DNA from: Candidatus Saccharimonadota bacterium
Lineage (GTDB): Bacteria; Patescibacteriota; Saccharimonadia; Saccharimonadales; UBA4665
DNA: 32,000 bases
Direction: 5' to 3'
Assembly: GCA_003516025.1 (NCBI GenBank)
Contig: CP023991.1
Location: 180,001-212,000, forward strand
A model generated the notes under the pieces. It was not told where the DNA came from and made no database searches. It saw only the letters and a list, made by a program, of their open reading frames with translations. Of the stretch, positions 9,134 through 18,060 are shown piece by piece (position 1 is the first letter of the stretch; each line of letters begins with the position of its first letter). A program made the translations under genes and the position numbers.

Positions 9134-9937
9134 ATGAACATTCTGTATCTTGGTGATATCATGGGCGAACCTGGCCTTAGGTTGATTGAACGCGAGTTAC
9201 CGAAACTGCGTACCGAACTGCAGGTATCTATCGTTATTGCACAGGCCGAAAATGCTACAGACGGAAAGGGTATTTCGATAGCAGACTTCGCCCGCCTCAA
9301 AAAAGCTGGCGTCGATTTCTGTACCGGCGGAAACTGGAGTCTGCACCTGGACGAGATAGTGCAGGCTATGAATGACCCGATGCAGCCGATTATCCGTCCG
9401 GCAAATTATCCCGAAGGTACGCCAGGTGTAGCGTATAAGTATTTACGACACGCTACAGGTAGCGTACTGATTGTCAGTTTGTTAGGTCAGATCGTTGGGC
9501 GTGACGCCGCCAAGCCGGTCGATAGCCCTTTGCAGGTTATCGACGCTATTCTTGAAAAGGAGAAAGACACGCCAAAAATTGCCACTGTCGTCAACTTTCA
9601 CGGTGACTTTAGCAGCGAAAAGTTCGTTATCGGCCGCTATCTTGACGGCCGGGCCAGCCTCGTAGTCGGTGACCACTGGCATGTACCAACTGCCGACGCG
9701 ATGGTGTTGCCTGAGGGCACGGCGCATATATCGGATGTCGGTATGTGCGGTACACTTGATTCTTGTTTAGGCGTGAAGTTTGACGTTATCATAGATCGTT
9801 GGAAAAACAGCCGCCCCAGCCGCAACGTATTGGAAAGCGGCGGCCGTATGCAGCTCAATGGCGTACTGGCGGAAGTTGATTCGGAAACCGGTTTGGCTAC
9901 GACCGTTCGGCAAATCAGGCAAATTTACCCCAACTAA
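9134..9937 (+). CDS. ymdB: YmdB-family metallophosphoesterase (2',3'-cyclic-nucleotide phosphodiesterase)
   Basis: MNILYLGDIMGEPG...IAQAENATDGKGIS...TGGNWSLH...VNFHGDFSSEK...GDHWHVPTAD...DVGMCG is the YmdB/TIGR00282-type motif series. The ATG at 9134 is used; the track ORF from 8945 is an upstream in-frame extension overlapping the previous gene. Confidence 0.85.
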   Translation: MNILYLGDIMGEPGLRLIERELPKLRTELQVSIVIAQAENATDGKGISIADFARLKKAGVDFCTGGNWSLHLDEIVQAMNDPMQPIIRPANYPEGTPGVAYKYLRHATGSVLIVSLLGQIVGRDAAKPVDSPLQVIDAILEKEKDTPKIATVVNFHGDFSSEKFVIGRYLDGRASLVVGDHWHVPTADAMVLPEGTAHISDVGMCGTLDSCLGVKFDVIIDRWKNSRPSRNVLESGGRMQLNGVLAEVDSETGLATTVRQIRQIYPN

Positions 9938-9960
9938 CCCTGGTATTATCTAAAGTTTGC

Positions 9961-9969
9961 TGCTATAAT
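9961..9969 (+). promoter_or_regulatory. Candidate extended -10 element upstream of tRNA-Pro(UGG)
   Basis: TGCTATAAT (TGn plus TATAAT) lies 44 nt upstream of the tRNA 5' end. There is no convincing -35. Confidence 0.3.
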
Positions 9970-10003
9970 TTGTCCCTGTTAACTGGTACGAATTGTTAAA
10001 CCA

Positions 10004-11656
<1,653 letters not shown>

Positions 11657-11906
11657 CTTAATAATTGTACTGCAAGTTCAAAGAGGAGCTACAGTTCTAT
11701 GCGCCCACCGTTATTGTCGCGTATCGTTGTTTCGTTCAGCTTCGCAAGAGGTGCAGTAATATCTATGTGTTTAAGAATATCAATAAAAGTCAATAGGTTG
11801 TCATCTATTCGTGGTATGTCGGTTTGTGATAATAGCCTATTACTCATGCAAGAGAGTATGAGCATTTCGACGCGTTAAATCGTCTAGGCCAAAGGGGGTA
11901 TTAAGC

Positions 11907-12497
11907 CTATAATTTCTTTTTGTTTAGTATCTGGTAAACGCGCGGTATGGATATATCAAACTCGGTAGATATGGCAGTGGCGCTCAAACCCTTTTTGTCG
12001 GCCTCCAATACTTTACGCTTTAATTCCTTCGCGTCCTTGTAAGTAATGCGCTGGAGGCCTCCTAAATCGTTCTGAAGGGGTTTTATAAGCGTGGAATAAT
12101 ACTTCTCTACGAACATCAATATTTCATTCTTTGTAGCGTCAGGGGCAATGCTGAGCGTAATACCGCCATGCCCAAGGGATGCATAGGCCCGATATAATTC
12201 TTCTGGCTCATCGCTCGGCTCAACTGTCTTATGATAGTGAGATACAACCTCCACTGGGCTGCTTATTAAGTGCTCGTTAATCTCGCCTGTTTTGATAAGG
12301 TGATGAATTACCCCTGAGAATGTAATCGGTAGGCCATAGTCCCGTAGGATAAACAATACCTCTCCTGAAAGTAGGAAAGTCTTTCTTCCTTCGTATTCGC
12401 GTAATCGCTCTATCTCATTCTTGAATTTTTCAGTTTCAAGTAATTGCCGGAGTTTTGTGAGGCTCGCCTCGTTACGTGATTTACTCTCTTGCGCCAT
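11907..12497 (-). CDS. Hypothetical protein with a C-terminal helix-turn-helix
   Basis: 196 aa. The C-terminus, KGLSATAISTEFDISIPRVYQILNKKK, resembles a resolvase or sigma70-region-4 type HTH. It is divergent from the next gene across a 48-bp spacer. Confidence 0.45.
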   Translation of the reverse strand: MAQESKSRNEASLTKLRQLLETEKFKNEIERLREYEGRKTFLLSGEVLFILRDYGLPITFSGVIHHLIKTGEINEHLISSPVEVVSHYHKTVEPSDEPEELYRAYASLGHGGITLSIAPDATKNEILMFVEKYYSTLIKPLQNDLGGLQRITYKDAKELKRKVLEADKKGLSATAISTEFDISIPRVYQILNKKKL

Positions 12498-12545
12498 AAC
12501 ATAAGTATAACTTCGAGCGAACTGATACGGGAGTAAAATAGAAGT

Positions 12546-12923
12546 ATGCCAAGGAAAACACTACCTACCACTGAAAATGAAGTCATATCGCTCATACTAG
12601 CCCGGGAGAAGTATGCAGATATCGCGGTAAAGACAGGCGTGCCCGCTTCGACGATAAAGAAAATAAAGCGTAGAAACTATGAGCAGTTCGAAACCCTTGA
12701 ATCCGAAGCGACCATTGAGCGGTTAGAGAGCATCAACACCTTAGTTAAGAGAGCAAACTTACAGATAAGCAAGGTATTCGATAAGGCGGAGCGAGGAGAG
12801 GTAGAGCTTACTGTCCATGAGTTAGTGATCGTTTCAAAAGAGATGTACAAACAGAGCACCATTAACTCATCACCTCTCAGCCCCGCCCGCCGGCTACAAG
12901 AACTAGCTAGAAAGTACCTATAG
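12546..12923 (+). CDS. Hypothetical protein with an N-terminal helix-turn-helix
   Basis: 125 aa. The HTH-like segment is YADIAVKTGVPASTIKKIKRRN, and the remainder is helical. Confidence 0.45.
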   Translation: MPRKTLPTTENEVISLILAREKYADIAVKTGVPASTIKKIKRRNYEQFETLESEATIERLESINTLVKRANLQISKVFDKAERGEVELTVHELVIVSKEMYKQSTINSSPLSPARRLQELARKYL

Positions 12924-13028
12924 GTACCTAATAAAAAATTTTTATGCACGCGTGGGGCAGCAGCCATTAACTATATATACGATTGACTGAGTTGGCATTT
13001 CCGGGTGGGGTGGGGGTGCCCCTTAGGT

Positions 13029-13232
13029 TATAATGTCGGCATGTGGTTTTACCACTAGACCTAGAGCCACGCGCAAGCGAAGGTATGGTCAAAAATCCAT
13101 CGAGAAGTTTAAGCTCGTCGTCAGAGCCTTCTTCTCGATGGTTGCAACTGGAAACGGTTGTAGGTGCTTCGGCATCGCTGGCGGCGAGCTTTTTTGTTTG
13201 CCTCCATTTAATAACTCAAAAAGGAGGCATGC
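13029..13232 (+). promoter_or_regulatory. Candidate promoter plus structured 5' leader with an SD-sequestering hairpin
   Basis: TATAAT at 13029-13034. A perfect 11-bp stem pairs 13097-13107 with 13131-13141. A UUCG-tetraloop hairpin sits at 13163-13176 and a T-run at 13190-13195. The anti-SD TGCCTCC (13199-13205) is complementary to GGAGGCA (13223-13229), which contains the SD of the downstream ORF. Confidence 0.35.
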
Positions 13233-13478
13233 ATGCTTTGGTTAGGAATAGCACTCGGTTTATTAGGGGCATATGTATGTGGCTTGGGTTGGGGTGGTAA
13301 TGGATCCAAGAAAGAGCAATTATTCTTTTTCGGGTTTGTGTTACTGGTAATCCCTGGCGGTTATCTTACTTTTCGTGAGGGCGGCCTTATTGTAGGTGTG
13401 CTTTATCTATTAATAGTTTCTGGCTTAATGAAGAGTTTTGCCGAGTCATTCGCTCGAAAATATGGCGGCAGACTGTAA
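13233..13478 (+). CDS. Small hydrophobic membrane protein (81 aa, about 3 TM segments)
   Basis: A strong SD, AAGGAGG, lies 5 nt upstream. Hydrophobic segments are LWLGIALGLLGAYVCGLGW, LFFFGFVLLVIPGGYL and LIVGVLYLLIVSGLM. Confidence 0.5.
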   Translation: MLWLGIALGLLGAYVCGLGWGGNGSKKEQLFFFGFVLLVIPGGYLTFREGGLIVGVLYLLIVSGLMKSFAESFARKYGGRL

Positions 13479-13596
13479 AAAACTCAATATGTTATAATAT
13501 ACTTTTTAACAGGGGTGGAGGAGTTATGCGAGTTTACTTGACAGGTAAGGTTACGCTTAAAATATGACACTGGCCCCTGTTAGGGGTATGCGTACA

Positions 13597-13621
13597 ACAT
13601 AGATTGTGCGACATAGATTGT
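13597..13621 (+). repeat. Tandem direct repeat ACATAGATTGT x2 (period 14 bp), candidate operator
   Basis: Exact 11-mers at 13597-13607 and 13611-13621, located about 115 nt upstream of the first cassette gene. Confidence 0.5.
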
Positions 13622-13735
13622 ACACTCCAGCTACAGAAGTTGTTATTGTTAAAAACGCTTATGTTATAGACAATAAGAACTTGCCATTATACACTTAGGT
13701 CAAATTAAAAAATAAAAAAGCCTATAATATAAGAT

Positions 13736-14287
13736 ATGAACGAACAAAGGGCCGACATACTAATAATGTTGTTGTACGCTAGGGGATCCAGCGGAAAGCT
13801 TGGCGAGCCTATTACTGGCGTTACTCGTTTAAACAAACTATTATTCCTGTTAGAAAAAGAAGCAGGCGATAACTATAAAGGATTCGAGTTTACGCCTTAC
13901 AAAATGGGTCCATATTCATCTCAGATAAATCCTGTTCTTGAGTTCCTGACTACTTTTCCAGACCCCAAAAATCCCTTAGTTGAGCTTAAAGAAGGACACG
14001 TACAATCCGGCACAAATGTAGAACAGAGCCAATATATTGAAGACCTTGCCAGCTCTGAGGACAAATCTGTTGAACTGAATAAATACAATACGGCAACGTT
14101 TAACCTTACCGAGCAAGGCAAAAGGTTGGCTGAGGAAATCTGGAGAGCAGCGCCAGCAGATGTTAAACAGAGTGTAGAAAAAGTAAAGCAAAAGTATACT
14201 CCACTAACGCTGAAGGATCTTTTGCGGTATGTATATAGTGCTTATCCAGAGATGACAGTTAAATCTATAATTAAAGACACCCTTTAA
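13736..14287 (+). CDS. Winged-helix protein resembling Panacea/SocA (DUF4065)-type antitoxin N-domains
   Basis: The segment ILIMLLYARG...ITGVTRLNKLLFLLEKEAG...FEFTPYKMGPYSSQINPVLEFL follows the T-x-L-x-K-L-L...F...GP-x-S pattern of that family. The assignment is by eye only. Confidence 0.4.
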   Translation: MNEQRADILIMLLYARGSSGKLGEPITGVTRLNKLLFLLEKEAGDNYKGFEFTPYKMGPYSSQINPVLEFLTTFPDPKNPLVELKEGHVQSGTNVEQSQYIEDLASSEDKSVELNKYNTATFNLTEQGKRLAEEIWRAAPADVKQSVEKVKQKYTPLTLKDLLRYVYSAYPEMTVKSIIKDTL

Positions 14288-14295
14288 ATATTTAT

Positions 14296-14919
14296 ATGTT
14301 CGTAGAAGAACTTATCAAAGATATAAATCAGGTAAACCCCCTAATTTGGTTCGGAGTGCCATTGGCCTTATTTGGCGCCTCAGCGAGGCTACTACTCAAA
14401 TTTAACAAAACGCACCATACCGATAAGGTTAACATTATCGATAAATACGATGCAGAAAACTTTAACAACGTAATAAAACCCTTATACGCTACTATTAATA
14501 ATCTACTTTTAGAAAAAACCTTATCTTTAGGCCAAGGGCCGACCACAAAGTCACCGACGCACGTAAAAGAATACGAAGAGAGGAAAAAGACTCTGCTCAA
14601 GGATGAGGACTTCAGCTTGCTAGAAGAGTCGATTGAATTCACCGAGCTTCAAGATCAAATTATCACTTCACGGAGAAACAAGTACGATTATAATGGGACT
14701 TATAAGCATACAAGACGATTGTTGATTTACGGCATGGTAGCTGGTTTTGTACATGCTGTTATTGCCGCACTATTCTTTATTTATCAACAGGTACAATACT
14801 CAGATTTTTGGAGTAAGTTTTTTGTTGCAGCTTGGGCCGTGGTATTCCTAGTAGATATAGTGCTTGTGGTACTCTATGTTAAGAACGAGAGCAAAATGGA
14901 TGGGTACATAGATGCTTAG
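14296..14919 (+). CDS. Membrane protein (1 N-terminal and 2 C-terminal TM helices)
   Basis: TM segments are LIWFGVPLALFGASARLLL, LLIYGMVAGFVHAVIAALFFIY and FFVAAWAVVFLVDIVLVVLYV, with a charged soluble middle region. It starts 9 nt after the previous gene and overlaps the next by 8 nt. Confidence 0.65.
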   Translation: MFVEELIKDINQVNPLIWFGVPLALFGASARLLLKFNKTHHTDKVNIIDKYDAENFNNVIKPLYATINNLLLEKTLSLGQGPTTKSPTHVKEYEERKKTLLKDEDFSLLEESIEFTELQDQIITSRRNKYDYNGTYKHTRRLLIYGMVAGFVHAVIAALFFIYQQVQYSDFWSKFFVAAWAVVFLVDIVLVVLYVKNESKMDGYIDA

Positions 14920-15328
14920 CGAAAAGCAGATAGAAGATATCCTCACGAAAGGTCTGATAGATAGCCGGCGCTACAATCTTGCCCTAAATCAAGTGTATGT
15001 CGCTGGAAAAAGAATAGATATTGTTCTTAAAACCAATGATAATGAACTCATAGCCATCGAAGTAAAGATTAAGGATTGGAAGACCGCTCTTAGGCAAGCC
15101 AATTTAAACCAATTTGCAGTTGATAAATCTTACGTTGCTTTGTGTTCGCGTTATGCTATGCCCGCCATAAACAATATATCTAGGTTTGCGAGTAATGGTG
15201 TGGGACTAATGATAATAAGCCCAGATAACACTTTCAAAATCGTTTTGCCTCCTAAGGTCACAAACGACTCAATATCGAATACATACAAAAATAACCTTTT
15301 ATCATCTTTATCGCTTTCAATGGCTTAG
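14912..15328 (+). CDS. PD-(D/E)xK (restriction-endonuclease fold) nuclease-like protein
   Basis: GKRIDIVLKTNDNELIAIEVKIKDWKTALRQA gives D36 ... E50-V-K52 followed by a conserved Q, as in NucS/Hjc/Mrr-type catalytic cores (nt 15017-15067). Confidence 0.6.
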   Translation: MLSEKQIEDILTKGLIDSRRYNLALNQVYVAGKRIDIVLKTNDNELIAIEVKIKDWKTALRQANLNQFAVDKSYVALCSRYAMPAINNISRFASNGVGLMIISPDNTFKIVLPPKVTNDSISNTYKNNLLSSLSLSMA

Positions 15329-15338
15329 AATATAACTT

Positions 15339-16631
15339 ATGAGTAAAGACTCACTCTTCATCAGATTTGGCCTTCATAAGGACAGGGATACCCTCAAACT
15401 TACTAAAGAGCTATATTGCGGTATCGTCGTGCCTGCTCATATTCTTTCGTATTCCCCTGATGCGACTATCGCGGCTATTAATCATATAGATCACGATTAT
15501 TTCATAGATCCGATGACTTATATATTTACAGCAGAAACCATACGCTACTATCTTACGGAAGTACCAGACAAAGAGAAAAAGAATAAGAGTCTCGGCTTTA
15601 AGCCTTCAATTAAAAAAATGGCCGTCAATTACGGTATCCTTGATTATTTTGACTCAAAAGGATTTGCTGCCTTGACCGCGGCAGAAGCTAAGGCCCTAGT
15701 TCCTGATTTGGCACAAAAAAGTGTCCAGCTTCAAATGACAAAAGTCGATTCTGGATTTGCGGCTGCCTTGAAAAAGTACTCTGAAATTTTGAAATTGCCT
15801 CAAAAAAATCAGACTCCTATATTTATTACTTCGCCCTATTTCTTTTTTGATGATGACAAGTCAAAAGAATGGTTACAAGTTAATATTGATTTCGCCAATG
15901 AGACAAAAAAAATTGTAGAAAAAATGGATCCCGCCCTAGCCGTAGTTCCTATATTACTCGCACCATCTAAAATGTTTACCGAAAAGTTACTTACAGACTT
16001 TCAAGGACATAAGAAGCTAATCGTATGGCCGAGTGATATCGATGAATGTAGTCCAGTCGTTGGGGGAGGAGAAGCTAAACTAAAGGCCTTACGCTCTTTT
16101 GTAGTGACAGCAAAAAGCAAAGGTGTAAGTGTTTTAAGTTTATATGGTTCTTATTTTTCCGTATCAATGCATAAGCTTGGTGTGGATGAGGTAGCTAATG
16201 GTATCTTCTACGGTGAGCATAAAAATTACAAAGCTAAGGTAGGAGGTGGTGGCCCTGTATCACGTTATTATATCAACCATCTACACAAGTTCTTCACCAT
16301 TCCAGTGGCAATACGTTTATTTCAAAAGCATCCTAGCTTGATGCAGTTTGAACCGCAGGCGACCTTAGACTTGATTAAGAATAATCCTGCAAATATAGCG
16401 GAATTCGATACTAAACCTGAGCTTGCTCAAGAGCACTTTCTCGAATCACGACGTATGGAATATGATTATGTGAAAAGCCATTCCTTACAGGAGATAGTCG
16501 AAGAACTCAAGGATGCATACAAAGCATACTCTCCACTGCCAGATACTATTATCGATGAAGATTTAGGTTATTTAAAAGTTTGGGCAAATGTCCTACAAGG
16601 TGAGGACGATAAGTCACCCGAAGATAAATGA
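15339..16631 (+). CDS. Hypothetical protein, 430 aa, no recognisable motif
   Basis: A long uninterrupted ORF in the cassette frame context. Its TGA overlaps the ATG of the next gene (ATGA). It has Gly-rich patches (VVGGGEAKL, KVGGGGPVSRYY) but no Walker A. Confidence 0.75.
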   Translation: MSKDSLFIRFGLHKDRDTLKLTKELYCGIVVPAHILSYSPDATIAAINHIDHDYFIDPMTYIFTAETIRYYLTEVPDKEKKNKSLGFKPSIKKMAVNYGILDYFDSKGFAALTAAEAKALVPDLAQKSVQLQMTKVDSGFAAALKKYSEILKLPQKNQTPIFITSPYFFFDDDKSKEWLQVNIDFANETKKIVEKMDPALAVVPILLAPSKMFTEKLLTDFQGHKKLIVWPSDIDECSPVVGGGEAKLKALRSFVVTAKSKGVSVLSLYGSYFSVSMHKLGVDEVANGIFYGEHKNYKAKVGGGGPVSRYYINHLHKFFTIPVAIRLFQKHPSLMQFEPQATLDLIKNNPANIAEFDTKPELAQEHFLESRRMEYDYVKSHSLQEIVEELKDAYKAYSPLPDTIIDEDLGYLKVWANVLQGEDDKSPEDK

Positions 16632-17764
16632 TTCACAAATATCTCCAGGATCCTGAATATTACGAAGACTCATATGACCGGATCACAGTAGATGCAGGAC
16701 GACGACATCAGGTGTCGTTCGAAAAGATTTATAACGATCTCTTTGAAAAATTTAATGATGAAGATCCTAAAAGTCCCCGGAGTGTATTGCATTTCAATAT
16801 TCTTTATATGGCAATCGTAGGTAGCGAGCTGCTTGACCGTTACGACCAACGAGAAGAGCGTATACGTGAGATGATGGCCGAAGACGAAGCTAAGGACGCG
16901 AGATTACGAAACGCCCGCCTACAGACAGAGCCTTTGTGTCAACATTGCGGCAACAAGGGTCTTCGAATAATTTATAAGAGTTTTATGCATCGTGGCAGTA
17001 GTCGAAAATATACAGATAGGGAAGAAGTGCTGTTTATGCTCGAATGTATCCACTGCGAAAAGAGAAGTGCATATTGGGAAGACGGTAGCACGTGGGAGCA
17101 TCTTGCGGTGTCTTGTCCTAAGTGCAGCGCTGATATGGTGGAGAAGGGCAGCCATGGCGAGAAAGTGGTTACAACTACTTATACATGCCCGGATTGCGGC
17201 CACAGCTACAAGGATAAGCTCGACCTTAGGCCTAAAAAGCAAAAGAGTGATCCTGAGTATGAAAGTGACCAGATACTTTTTTGTCTGCAAGATGAAAAAA
17301 TAAGAACTGAAATGAGAGACTCTCGTCGCCGCTTTGAAGAAATGGCGCGACTTGGTAAAGAAATGAAAGAGAGGGAAGAGAACAAACATGTTTATGATGC
17401 CATAGCTTCTATTAAGAAGCCGAAAATTGCTGAGCTTGTCACTATACTGGCTCCAGTTTTTAAAAAGGCTGGTTATATTGAGCTGAGTCTGGATAAACCA
17501 GAGCTAGGTCGTGATGTAGTCGTTGGTTTTAACTGCCTCGATAGTAAACCGAGTCGAGATGATTACGAAAGCAGAAAGACCCTTAGAACGACGGTTGATA
17601 AGGTACTACAAAACACAAATTGGCGACTTATGAGCGACGGTATATCTTATCGGTTAGGTTATTTAAGTGGTAGGCTAAAGGCATACGAGGGAGAGAATGC
17701 TTTAAAGTCGCTCGTCACGAAAGGAGACAAGCAATATAATAAAATTGTTAAGGAGGCGGAATGA
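16628..17764 (+). CDS. Hypothetical protein with two tandem CxxC...CxxC zinc ribbons
   Basis: C104QHC...C140IHC and C163PKC...C187PDC (nt 16937-17197). The flanking regions are charged and helical. It has ATGA overlaps on both sides. Confidence 0.75.
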   Translation: MIHKYLQDPEYYEDSYDRITVDAGRRHQVSFEKIYNDLFEKFNDEDPKSPRSVLHFNILYMAIVGSELLDRYDQREERIREMMAEDEAKDARLRNARLQTEPLCQHCGNKGLRIIYKSFMHRGSSRKYTDREEVLFMLECIHCEKRSAYWEDGSTWEHLAVSCPKCSADMVEKGSHGEKVVTTTYTCPDCGHSYKDKLDLRPKKQKSDPEYESDQILFCLQDEKIRTEMRDSRRRFEEMARLGKEMKEREENKHVYDAIASIKKPKIAELVTILAPVFKKAGYIELSLDKPELGRDVVVGFNCLDSKPSRDDYESRKTLRTTVDKVLQNTNWRLMSDGISYRLGYLSGRLKAYEGENALKSLVTKGDKQYNKIVKEAE

Positions 17765-18045
17765 AAAAATACGATGAAGTTTTGATAGGACAGCGTAGAT
17801 GTATAATCGCTAGTGTTATTGATGAAACCCATTTCAAAGTGGTCTATAAGAGCGACAAGGGTGAGCCATTAATGGACGACGCGCAACTGGTGGAAGGCAA
17901 GTTACAATTTAGCAATCCGTCACCTTTCAGCAGTGACAGAGTGCCGGGTGGAGCACTGTACGAACATGCAGTATCTTTGTTGATGCGGCCTGAAATCTGG
18001 GCCAACATAGAACACAAAAAAAGATTGAACGAAAAAGACACTTAA
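17761..18045 (+). CDS. Small hypothetical protein (94 aa)
   Basis: A strong SD, AAGGAGG, lies just upstream, and it has an ATGA overlap with the preceding gene. No motif was recognised. Confidence 0.6.
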   Translation: MKKYDEVLIGQRRCIIASVIDETHFKVVYKSDKGEPLMDDAQLVEGKLQFSNPSPFSSDRVPGGALYEHAVSLLMRPEIWANIEHKKRLNEKDT

Positions 18046-18060
18046 CTACGCCTTAATGTT

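Noticed and set aside
11689-11847. 52-codon minus-strand ORF (MSNRLLSQTDIPRIDDNLLTF...) between the HTH gene and the recombinase, considered as a possible Xis/RDF
   Set aside because: It has no SD-like sequence and no recognisable motif, it is below the ORF-track length threshold, and a chance ORF in AT-rich DNA is plausible. I could not support it as a feature.
13001-13024. G-run CCGGGTGGGGTGGGGGTGCCCC as a G-quadruplex
   Set aside because: It has only three G-tracts of 3 or more, whereas four are needed for a canonical intramolecular G4. It is more likely a GC clamp or part of the terminator/promoter context after the 125-aa gene.
13033-13300. Plus-strand ORFs of 70 and 85 aa covering the structured leader
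   Set aside because: They lack SDs, overlap each other and the strongly supported 81-aa gene, and run through long perfect RNA helices. A regulatory RNA interpretation is favoured.
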